Source of the DNA: Armatimonadota bacterium | GTDB taxonomy: Bacteria; Armatimonadota; HRBIN16 | Assembly (NCBI GenBank): GCA_963677485.1 | Contig: OY781964.1 | Span: 2,240,001 to 2,304,000, forward strand | DNA length: 64,000 nt | Direction of reading: 5' to 3' | Part shown: in pieces, positions 29,967 through 38,674 of the stretch | Layout of the letters: every line of letters starts with the position of its first letter | Position numbering within the stretch: the first letter of the stretch is position 1 | The notes under the pieces: generated by a model | Seen by the model: the letters and a program-made list of their open reading frames with translations, nothing else | Databases searched by the model: none | What the model was told of the DNA's origin: nothing | Translations under genes and position numbers: made by a program

Positions 29967-30563
29967 CACGGACCTCCCGGTCTTCCGCGATGGGTCGGAT
30001 TGGCGGCAAAACATCGATCTAACCAACCCATCGCTTTCGTCACGGCACCCTGTGTGCAGGTGCTGATGGCTGTTGATATGACGAATGATTAATAGTCGGC
30101 ACAGTTTAGAGGATAACTATAACCATAGTGTACCTTCTGGTGATGCATAAATCGGGTAAATATGGCCAACAGAACGAACATGAACAGGTATATGCTGTTC
30201 GACAGGCTTGGCTATCGTCGGTACGGAACTGTGAGTCATATCCTCGATGATGTCCATGATGCTGCCCGAGCTTCAATGCCTTGTCCTCTGGCACACAACC
30301 CATCGAACTCCTATCCCCAGATGACGCGGATCGACGCAGGTATAACGGGGAAACAACAGAGCCAAACGACGGTTTTCCGTTACCGGGTGGGGTAATCCTA
30401 TTTCTTTACCAAATCCGCATAATCCGCGGTTCGGGGTATGGACATTTGGGGCCTGATATGGAGCTTTATCCGCAACTGAATACGGATAACGCAAATAGCT
30501 TCGACCTCAAGTAGAATATATCCACAGCTTACTATATCTCATCGAACCCCTGGAGGGTGATCT

Positions 30564-32642
30564 ATGAAACATCGCTACCTGGGAATTCTACCGCTCATGG
30601 CTCTGGTCACGGCTGGATGGGCCGCGCCGGAGCCAGCCGTGCTGCAAAACGGCGTTGTGCGCATTCAAGTGTTGCCCGACCATGGCACCATCAGCCAGAT
30701 CAATGACTTGACCGGCGGCACTTCACTATCATGCGCGGTCGAGCAGGCCGACAACTACGCCTTGATGCTGCAAAACCCAGACAAGTCCTACATCCAAATC
30801 CTGGGTAAACAACAGAACGTATCGGAGCTGACCAACAGCGGCGGCACGATGCAGATCACCTGGAAGGCCCCACTCACCGACGTGAGCGGCGGCAAGCACG
30901 ACATAGATGTCAAAATGAGCATCGAAGCCCAATCCAACGGGTTGGCATTCGGGCTTACGGTGAGTAACCGCGAAACTGCCAAGGTGCAGGAGGCACGGTA
31001 CCCGGTGATCGGCGGCTGGAACGGCTACGGCAAGCCGGGCACTGCTGACGGCGTGCTTTGGGTGCCCACCTCCAACCCCACGGTGATGCCGTTAGGCGCT
31101 GCGTTCAACACCGCCACGTTTGGCTATCCGGGCCATTCGGTGATGTCATTCTGCGCGGTCAGCAGCCCTTCCGCGAAGCGGGTGGCCTATTTCGCACCGG
31201 AGGACCCGGTGGCCAGGCATAAAAACTTCCGCTTTGAGACGGTGAGTGCCGGTGCGGAAAAGGATGTGCAGTTCAGCGTGGATTTCCATCCGTTTGTGCC
31301 CCAGGGGCAGACATGGTCTGGCCCTCCGGTGGCACTGCGATATGCTGAAGGTGACCAGAAGCAGGCGGGGAAGATTTACCGCGCATGGTTCAGCAAGACC
31401 TTTGGCATCAGCCAGCCAGAGGACAACTGGATCCGCCGTGAGTCGTTCTTCGTCATGACGATGTTCATGCTGCCCGAAGGCACGATCTCGATGAAGTTCA
31501 AGGACATCCCCAAATGGGCGAAAGCCGCCAAGGAGCACGGCATCAACTCACTGCAGGTGAGCGGATGGCAGATCGGCGGGCACGACAACGGCTACCCCTA
31601 CTACACCATCGACCCGCGGCTTGGCACCTGGGATGAGCTGAAAGCGGGCATCGCCTATGCCCACAAGCTGGGACAAAAGGTCTACTTCTTTGTCAACTAC
31701 CAGCCTGCGATGCTTGATGCCGAATGGTATAAGAACGAGCTGGAGCCGATGCGCGAAATGGGTCCGAATGGCGAGCTCACATGGAACGCCGGATGGGGCA
31801 TGGGCACGCTGTGGGCCAGGATGGGCAACTCCAAAAAGATGACATGGATTGACCTCTCCTTCCCCAAGTATCGCAAGATCATCGTGGACTACTTCAGCAA
31901 GCTGGCCCAAATCGGCGGAGACGGGGTGCATGTGGACAAGATGTTTCCTTCTGCCATCGAATATAACCCAAACGCTCCGATGAGCCCAGACACCGCCACA
32001 TGGGAAGGCGCCGTTATCTTGACGAAAGAGATCATGACGGAATGCCGAAAGTATAATCCCGACTGGAATATGAGCTTCGAGTGCAACTGGGACCGCATGA
32101 TCCAGTTCGGCGGAGCCACCTGGTGGGTGGGCAACCAGCTTGCCACTCGCGCGGTCTTCCCTGAGAATGTGGAGACGATGGGCCATTATCAGCCTTATGA
32201 CTACCTGGGGTTGAACAACGGCATCCGCGGCGGCCACGCGATCATGGTGGCCCCGCTGAACTTCAGCAGGGGTGTGGATTGGAAGCCGTTTGAAGGCATG
32301 GCCGACTACTACCGCGACGTGAAGAAGATACGCGATGAACTTCAGGAGGCGGTGTTCTGGGGTGAGGTGATGGGACAAACCGGCATCGAGTTCCCTGATT
32401 CGCTGCCTGGCGGCATCGAATACAACACCTTCCGCAACCAAACGACTAATCGGCGTGTGGTGGTCATCACCAACTCGACTATGTCGCCTGTTGATCTGTC
32501 ACTGGGCAGCTTCACTGGCGGAAACAAGTCAGCGCGGTACCATGTGCCCGGCAAGAAAGCGCGCACCGTCACACTGCCGGCAACTGTGTCGGTACCCGCC
32601 GAACGCGTCGTGTTCCTTGAAGAGATGGAGGCCACTCGATGA
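30564..32642 (+). CDS. Secreted putative glycoside hydrolase (DUF6259-like TIM barrel)
   Basis: Signal peptide; GWQIGGHDNGYPYYTIDPRLGTWDELK...KVYFFVN and GGDGVHVD resemble GH36/DUF6259-type domains. Confidence 0.65.
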   Translation: MKHRYLGILPLMALVTAGWAAPEPAVLQNGVVRIQVLPDHGTISQINDLTGGTSLSCAVEQADNYALMLQNPDKSYIQILGKQQNVSELTNSGGTMQITWKAPLTDVSGGKHDIDVKMSIEAQSNGLAFGLTVSNRETAKVQEARYPVIGGWNGYGKPGTADGVLWVPTSNPTVMPLGAAFNTATFGYPGHSVMSFCAVSSPSAKRVAYFAPEDPVARHKNFRFETVSAGAEKDVQFSVDFHPFVPQGQTWSGPPVALRYAEGDQKQAGKIYRAWFSKTFGISQPEDNWIRRESFFVMTMFMLPEGTISMKFKDIPKWAKAAKEHGINSLQVSGWQIGGHDNGYPYYTIDPRLGTWDELKAGIAYAHKLGQKVYFFVNYQPAMLDAEWYKNELEPMREMGPNGELTWNAGWGMGTLWARMGNSKKMTWIDLSFPKYRKIIVDYFSKLAQIGGDGVHVDKMFPSAIEYNPNAPMSPDTATWEGAVILTKEIMTECRKYNPDWNMSFECNWDRMIQFGGATWWVGNQLATRAVFPENVETMGHYQPYDYLGLNNGIRGGHAIMVAPLNFSRGVDWKPFEGMADYYRDVKKIRDELQEAVFWGEVMGQTGIEFPDSLPGGIEYNTFRNQTTNRRVVVITNSTMSPVDLSLGSFTGGNKSARYHVPGKKARTVTLPATVSVPAERVVFLEEMEATR

Positions 32643-34063
32643 AACGAACCCTCACATTGATATTCGCCTTGCTTGTGCTGTCCATCGCAGGCATGGTGCA
32701 GAGCCAGACTAATGGCGGTTTTGAAACCGGCGACTTTAAGGGCTGGAAGGCCGATAAAAACTGGATCATCGCCGACAAGTCTGCGCCTTATTACCTGGGC
32801 TGGAATGGCCGTAACTTCGCATGGAGCGGAGGAGGCGGGGAGACCACTCTGGGAGTTTTGCAGAGCGAACCCTTCAAACTGGTGAAAAGCGGAATCCGAC
32901 TGATGGTTTCGGGCTGGTCAAGCATACACGGCACCGGACAACCAAGAATCTGGAACTATGTCACCCTCAACCTTGAGGATGGCACGGAACTAGACCGGGT
33001 CTACACGCCGGATACCACCAACTTCGTCTATTCCTACCTGGATGGCCATAAAGCCAAGGGTAAGATGGTCTATGTTAAGGCGGTTGATGATGCAGAAATG
33101 GGCTCATACAGCATGATCTGCATCGACAACGTGATGCAGGCTGACCCTCCAGCAGATTCGCTGAAGAAGGTCACTCGTGGTGCCACCAAGGGAAGCATCG
33201 TGCTGCAGAATGCGCAGCTCCGGCTGGAGTTTGACCCCAAGAACGGCTCGCTGACGCGGCTGTGTAACCAAAAAGGGTTGGAGTTGATCATGGAGCCGCG
33301 GCTGGGTGGAAGCTACCGGTTTGCGCTTCCCATCCCCGGTAAGGAGCCCTGGCAGACGCTGGAGGCCAACTGGATATTCGGGGCTCAGCAGAAGCTGAGC
33401 TCGTATCGGCAGGATGGCAACACTCTGACGATGCGATGGGATGGCCCTCTGAAAAACTACCTGGGCGAAAGTTTCGACGTTTCGGTCCGGCAGACAGTGG
33501 AGCTGACACCATCCGGTGTGCAGTTCGATATGTGGGTGGATAACCGCTCCACGTACACCGTGGGAGAGACTTATTACCCGTTATTCGGTGGGCTACAGGG
33601 GCTGGGCAACACTCGCCAGCAACTGAGGAACACCGAGTTGGTACGTCCGGCTGCTACAGACGGTATGTCAACCAGCAAGATATTCAATGTATTCAACAAC
33701 ATGGCCCCGTTTGGGGATCAGGGTCCTGAGCAGTACTTCAACATCCCGCAGGATCAGCCGCAGGCGTGGGCTGCCCTCAGCAATGCCGCATTGGCCCAGA
33801 ACGTATTCATAGGAGCCAAAGTGGTGGATAAGCGGCCTTACACCCTGCGTATGGAGCTGTTTCCCGGAAGCAGCGGTGCGCCGCGTGAAGACGGCAACTG
33901 GCCCAGGCCCAGTGAGTTGAAGGGTCTGCCCGCCGGTGTGGAGCTTTGCTTCGTGCAGCAGGCCAATCATCCCGCTGGCAAGGTGTATCGCGCGCCATCG
34001 GTGTATGTGCAGTTCATCGGCGGCAACCGCGACGCATTGAAGCAGATCACCACCGGCCGGTAG
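32639..34063 (+). CDS. Secreted hypothetical protein: CBM-like N-domain plus beta-supersandwich paralogous to the N-domain of the upstream gene
   Basis: Signal peptide; NGGFETGDFKGW; C-half aligns by eye with the N-terminal part of 30564-32642; ATGA overlap. Confidence 0.65.
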   Translation: MKRTLTLIFALLVLSIAGMVQSQTNGGFETGDFKGWKADKNWIIADKSAPYYLGWNGRNFAWSGGGGETTLGVLQSEPFKLVKSGIRLMVSGWSSIHGTGQPRIWNYVTLNLEDGTELDRVYTPDTTNFVYSYLDGHKAKGKMVYVKAVDDAEMGSYSMICIDNVMQADPPADSLKKVTRGATKGSIVLQNAQLRLEFDPKNGSLTRLCNQKGLELIMEPRLGGSYRFALPIPGKEPWQTLEANWIFGAQQKLSSYRQDGNTLTMRWDGPLKNYLGESFDVSVRQTVELTPSGVQFDMWVDNRSTYTVGETYYPLFGGLQGLGNTRQQLRNTELVRPAATDGMSTSKIFNVFNNMAPFGDQGPEQYFNIPQDQPQAWAALSNAALAQNVFIGAKVVDKRPYTLRMELFPGSSGAPREDGNWPRPSELKGLPAGVELCFVQQANHPAGKVYRAPSVYVQFIGGNRDALKQITTGR

Positions 34064-34132
34064 GGTATCGGTGGTGTAATCTTGGTAGGTTGGGGCGAAC
34101 GGCTGTTCGCCCCAATAGTTTTTACCTTTGGC

Positions 34133-35026
34133 TTACTTGCCAGGGGGCGGGGGCTGAGGGTTGGATGGCATACCCGGAAGCTGCACACCCATGTCTTTCA
34201 TGGTCTGTAAATCTTCCATCGTGCGTTTCATCATACCATCACGTTCTTCGGGCGTCATGCTGTTCATCGCTTTGACACCCTCAATCATCATCTGCACGCG
34301 GGTGCGGGAATCCATGTTATTTGACATAGCCATCATGCCCCGCATCGCCGCAGCCCGCTCATCAGGGTCCATGCTCATTATCGCTGCCAGCAGTTTTTGT
34401 TGGATGGCCTGAAGGCTTTGCGCATTGATGGCACCCGCCGGGATGCTGCTGGGGTCCGCGGTCAGGTCAAACAGGTCAATCCCGTTGGCGGAGGCCCATG
34501 CCGGCTTGCTGTCATACACAACATATACTGCGATTGTGTTGAAAGACGGGTTCATTTTTTCAAGCCCGGACGCGTAGTTCTGAGGCACCTCTACCGCCTT
34601 GGCGAAACTGCTGATCTTGTTGCCTGCAGGGTCTTGGATGATCATGCCGGTCGCTTCCATCGCCTCCAGAGAGCGGACCATCGCGGCTAGCCGCTCCGGT
34701 TTGGGTTGCTTCATCTTCGCTCGCAGGTAGACTTTGCGCCATTTGATTGTTTTTAACGGAGTCAACGTGAGTTCCAAGCCCTGCTCGAAGCTTTTCGCTG
34801 CAGGATCGATCTTAACGCGGTTCGTTAGTCCAGGTTCAACTACTAAAGTTTTGTCGTATTTTTTAGCCCATTCTGCCAGAACCGTGGCGATGGGTGTACC
34901 ATCGTTGACAGGGGGTGCAACCACCTCTGGACCGGGACCACCCTCAGGCGGCTCAGGTTGGGGCTGCTGTGCGAAGGAGGTGGTTGATGCGCACATCAAT
35001 ACAGCGGCGATCAGGTATCTTTTCAC
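34133..35026 (-). CDS. Secreted hypothetical protein, STN-like N-domain and Met-rich helical C-terminus
   Basis: GTG start after GGAGG; signal peptide; PIATVLAEWAKKY...LVVEPGL..RV resembles secretin/TonB N-domains. Confidence 0.6.
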   Translation of the reverse strand: MKRYLIAAVLMCASTTSFAQQPQPEPPEGGPGPEVVAPPVNDGTPIATVLAEWAKKYDKTLVVEPGLTNRVKIDPAAKSFEQGLELTLTPLKTIKWRKVYLRAKMKQPKPERLAAMVRSLEAMEATGMIIQDPAGNKISSFAKAVEVPQNYASGLEKMNPSFNTIAVYVVYDSKPAWASANGIDLFDLTADPSSIPAGAINAQSLQAIQQKLLAAIMSMDPDERAAAMRGMMAMSNNMDSRTRVQMMIEGVKAMNSMTPEERDGMMKRTMEDLQTMKDMGVQLPGMPSNPQPPPPGK

Positions 35027-35119
35027 GTTCGTTCCCTCCATGGGTCAATGCAATCTATTTATACCCTCTGTTGAGTAGAAATGCAATAGATGAACGCCTA
35101 TATGACGAATATTGGCCCG

Positions 35120-36165
35120 TTACGGTTCAACTAGCTGCAATCGAAGCAGGCCGACGCAGCCATATCCGTTGCCTTTTGCTGAGCCGGTGTAGAATAGACT
35201 GAAGCTGCCGTCAGTCTCAGGAACCAGACCCAGCGGGGTGCGCATGTCTGCAACCCACCAATCGGGGCTTTGAGTGAGCACCAACTGCTTCGCGCGCGAC
35301 CATGTAAGGCCATCTGCCGAGTCGGCATACCCGATAGAGTGAGAGCCTGGCTCGTGTATAGTGTCGAACACCGCCATATACCTGCCACTCTTCAAGCGAG
35401 TCACCACCGGGTTTTCTGTGCCAAGCTCACCGTTCAACGTCACGGGATTACCTGCGGTCATGCGCTTCCATGGTCCTTTCAGGCTTGATGACTGCATCAA
35501 GCCCACCTTCCACCAGGTCGCCGCGTCGCTGCTGCCGTAGAAGCCCATCCACCCTTTCCCCACTTTGTAAGGGAAGACCGAATCGGTGCCTTGCGCACTT
35601 TCCCAGCTCTGACTCTCTGCACCGGGCTGCAGGATGATTTCCACATCGCGCCATGAACCGGAAAGGCCGTCTGGGCCCTTCTTCTGGCTCACGGCCCGCC
35701 ACAACTGCCCATTCCAGTTGACAGACCCTGCATTGTTCACAGGGCCTCGGTACGCCACATAAAAGAGGTTCCACAGCTTCGCCTGTTCGTCGTAGACCGG
35801 CATCGGGGCCCAAAGGCAGGCGCGTGGGTCATTGCCTGAGGTATCTCCGCTGCTGGTATACATCGTGTCGTGGCGGTTCCAGTGAAGCGATCCTTACTGA
35901 GCCAGTGACCCAACCTCATTTTGACCCACTTGGGATCACCTGCCATTTCGCTGGTGAACAGGTGATATACACCTTTCCACTTAAGCACGCAGCCGCCCTC
36001 GAAGCCGTATTTGTTGCTTTCGGTGCCGGGGTCACCATTCTTGATGACGGGATCCAGCCGTTGCTCGATGATCTTTAGGGTGACTCCGCAATCGCGAGGC
36101 GCTTCCTCGGCGATGGCGATGCAGGGATACACCAGCAGCAAAGGTAATAACCAGGTGAGTTTCAT
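35120..36165 (-). pseudogene. Secreted five-bladed beta-propeller glycosidase-like gene (GH43/GH32/GH130 type) split by a 1-bp deletion near 35885
   Basis: Two overlapping ORFs (35737-36165, 35120-35863) join as ..HWLSKDR[x]HWNRHDTMYTSSG.. if one base is restored; span is 3n+2. Confidence 0.7.
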
Positions 36166-36193
36166 ATCCTTCTCCGTTGTCTCAGTTGAGAGC

Positions 36194-37468
36194 TCAATCC
36201 AGACCGTAGAATCGCTTCGGGTTCTCCGTGAACCACAGCCGCAGCGCGAACTCAGCCTCAGGCCTGCCCATCTTGCCTTTCTCGATCACGCGGCTGAGCA
36301 CTTCTGCCAGGTTTTGCTGCGTCATCTGCAGGTGCGCCCACACGATGGGCGGCGTGAGGTGCGTATCGCCGCCAAAGGCGAATATCTTGCTGAGCGGCAG
36401 GACTTCCATCCACTCTTCAAACTGGTTGACCACCTGCACGGGGTTGACCATGTGGGCCCAGCAGAGGTTGAGGTAAGCATTGGGGAAGTTTTTGCCCAGA
36501 TAGGCACAAGACGCCATCCAGGGGATGCCCATATGATACACATCAAACTGCACGGCGGGGTGCCGCTCGATGATGTTGAAAAGATGGTCGGGACTGCGTT
36601 TGGTGGCGTCCATCCACACCCCGGTGTGGAACGCCACCGGCAGACCGATCTCGGGCAGAAGCTCCAGGATGCGGTTGCACACCTCGCCGGAAAAGCCGAG
36701 GCCCTCATCCATCAAGTCGGGGCGGCCGCTCACGCTGTCAGCGATCTCAGGCTTGCTGCGCAGCTCCCGGAAGCGGAGACAGGCGTTCTGCCAGTCCAGC
36801 TTCCGGTACAAGCCGATAGAGGTACACATCTTGACCAGCTTAGCCCCGTTTGATTTCGCCATGATGATCTGCTGTTTAAGGTGCTGGCAGTAGTCTTCCA
36901 GCTCCGCGTGTGGGTTGGCCTGAACATACTCCTTCACCAGTTGTGGCATCAGAGCCAGGAACATCGTGTAGCACCCATGGATGAAAGCCGGCTGTGGGTC
37001 GCGTTGCGTGATGCTGTGCGGATCACGGTTCATGTTTTGGTTGAGCACCCAGTGGATGTTGCATTTCTTGGTCAACATCCGCTCATAGATGCCCGCCGTG
37101 TTCACTTTGTTCAGGAATTCGGTCATCTGCGGGATGGTGTCGTCGGTGAAGTCATCCACACCCACGAAGTGTTTGGCTGCCATCAGGCTGCACCGAGCAT
37201 AGGCGCCGTGCTTTATTAACGGCCACAGCTTTTTTACTGTAACCCATCGGGCTGCGGCCTCTTCCGGTGTGATCTCGTTCATCATCGCCCATGACATCGG
37301 CACACCGCAGGAGATCAGGTCAGAGACCGTGTATGGCAGCAGGAAGTCAAACCAACTGAACCTCCGCGCCACATGGTCCTTTTCGGCCCAAAGATGCTCG
37401 TGGGCATCGACGATGGGCAGGGTTCGCATATATTCCAACAGATGCTGTTTGGTGCTGTTTCGGTTCAT
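36194..37468 (-). CDS. Amidohydrolase-superfamily (TIM barrel) protein
   Basis: IVDAHEH metal motif, FHTG, FDVYHMGIPW, NAYLNLCW, KIFAFGGD. Confidence 0.85.
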   Translation of the reverse strand: MNRNSTKQHLLEYMRTLPIVDAHEHLWAEKDHVARRFSWFDFLLPYTVSDLISCGVPMSWAMMNEITPEEAAARWVTVKKLWPLIKHGAYARCSLMAAKHFVGVDDFTDDTIPQMTEFLNKVNTAGIYERMLTKKCNIHWVLNQNMNRDPHSITQRDPQPAFIHGCYTMFLALMPQLVKEYVQANPHAELEDYCQHLKQQIIMAKSNGAKLVKMCTSIGLYRKLDWQNACLRFRELRSKPEIADSVSGRPDLMDEGLGFSGEVCNRILELLPEIGLPVAFHTGVWMDATKRSPDHLFNIIERHPAVQFDVYHMGIPWMASCAYLGKNFPNAYLNLCWAHMVNPVQVVNQFEEWMEVLPLSKIFAFGGDTHLTPPIVWAHLQMTQQNLAEVLSRVIEKGKMGRPEAEFALRLWFTENPKRFYGLD

Positions 37469-37598
37469 CGATATCCTCCCGAAAGACCGTAGGCCTCTGC
37501 CATCATCATACCCGGAACAGGGGCAGACTTCACAGGCCGCTTTGGGGTACCATGCTATATAGATACCGATTTACAGCAGCCGCACCTGGAGGGCCGAT

Positions 37599-37955
37599 AT
37601 GAGTGATCCGAGTGATAGACCAGCAGAGGAACCGCTAGACGAATGCGCAGAAGAGTTCATAGAGGATCCTGAGAGCCCGTCAGTGCTGGTATGCACCTAC
37701 TGTGGTGAAGAGAACGAATCTGTTGGTCTGAAGGGTCCACAGCATAATCGATGCTGGAAATGTGGGCACTTTGTGGATTTTTGCGACTACATCGAGCCGT
37801 TTGACATCAAGGTAGGCGGCTCCAGCCGAAATCCTACCGGTGCGCGCAAGTGGTTCGTATGGTTCGCCAGGGTGTTTATCGTGTGGGCCGTGGTCGCCTT
37901 AACCGTGGGTCTGTTCAGTATGATCCAAGAAATGAAGTCGATGCCCCTGAAATGA
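37599..37955 (+). CDS. Small acidic zinc-ribbon protein with C-terminal TM helix
   Basis: CTYCGEENE-x11-CWKCG; GGAGG RBS. Confidence 0.7.
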   Translation: MSDPSDRPAEEPLDECAEEFIEDPESPSVLVCTYCGEENESVGLKGPQHNRCWKCGHFVDFCDYIEPFDIKVGGSSRNPTGARKWFVWFARVFIVWAVVALTVGLFSMIQEMKSMPLK

Positions 37956-37973
37956 CGTGGATGGAGGCGCACC

Positions 37974-38183
37974 GTGTGTAAAGACCAGGACCGACAGCCA
38001 GACGATGAACTGGAAGATGAGCCCCAGGAAGAGTTCACAATCGACCCGGATCAGCCGGTAACGCTGATATGCATGAACTGCATGGAAGAAAATGAGGAAA
38101 TCAAACTGCGATCCGTGCAAAATGGCCGATGCTGGAATTGCGGTTACGTGGTTGATCAGAATTTCTTCATCTGGCGAGCATAG
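37974..38183 (+). CDS. Small acidic zinc-ribbon protein (paralog 2)
   Basis: CMNCMEENE-x11-CWNCG; GTG start with GGAGG RBS. Confidence 0.7.
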   Translation: MCKDQDRQPDDELEDEPQEEFTIDPDQPVTLICMNCMEENEEIKLRSVQNGRCWNCGYVVDQNFFIWRA

Positions 38184-38208
38184 CAGCCGCACCATAAGGA
38201 GGCAACCC

Positions 38209-38418
38209 ATGAGTCACGAATGCGATGAACAGCCGGACGACAAGCTGACGGATGAACCCCAGGATGAGCCACTTGACGAAGAAGATCAGCCCGAGACCGA
38301 GGTATGCAAGCACTGCATGGCCGAGAACGACGTCCTGAAGCTGCGAACCGAGCAAAACAACCGGTGCTGGAAGTGCGGAGCAGACTTCAACGAGTTCTCA
38401 TTCTTCTGGAGGTTTTAG
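38209..38418 (+). CDS. Small acidic zinc-ribbon protein (paralog 3)
   Basis: CKHCMAEND-x11-CWKCG; AAGGAGG RBS before the ATG at 38209. Confidence 0.7.
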   Translation: MSHECDEQPDDKLTDEPQDEPLDEEDQPETEVCKHCMAENDVLKLRTEQNNRCWKCGADFNEFSFFWRF

Positions 38419-38457
38419 TGGCGAGGAGGGCATGTTTGAAGGTGGATGTTTTTTTGA

Positions 38458-38625
38458 ACCACGAATGAACACGGATAGGGAGGGAGATGCCATGTCCCTG
38501 TTTTCGCGCCTTCGCGTCTTCGCGTCTTCGCGTGAGACCTTCCCATCAGTGTTCATTCGTGTTCATACGTGGTTTATAAATCCTGAGCAGGATATGTAAG
38601 ATGAGTAAGGCGAGTAGGACAAAGG
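38458..38625. repeat. Cluster of short-period (8-9 bp) repeat motifs, partly as an inverted pair
   Basis: AACCACGAATGAACACGGAT ... TTCGCGCC/TTCGCGTC tandem ... ATCAGTGTTCATTCGTGTTCATACGTGGTT. Confidence 0.6.
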
Positions 38626-38674
38626 CTGCTGTGATTATACTTCCGCATTTCCCAAGGCGAACGGCCGTTCGCCC

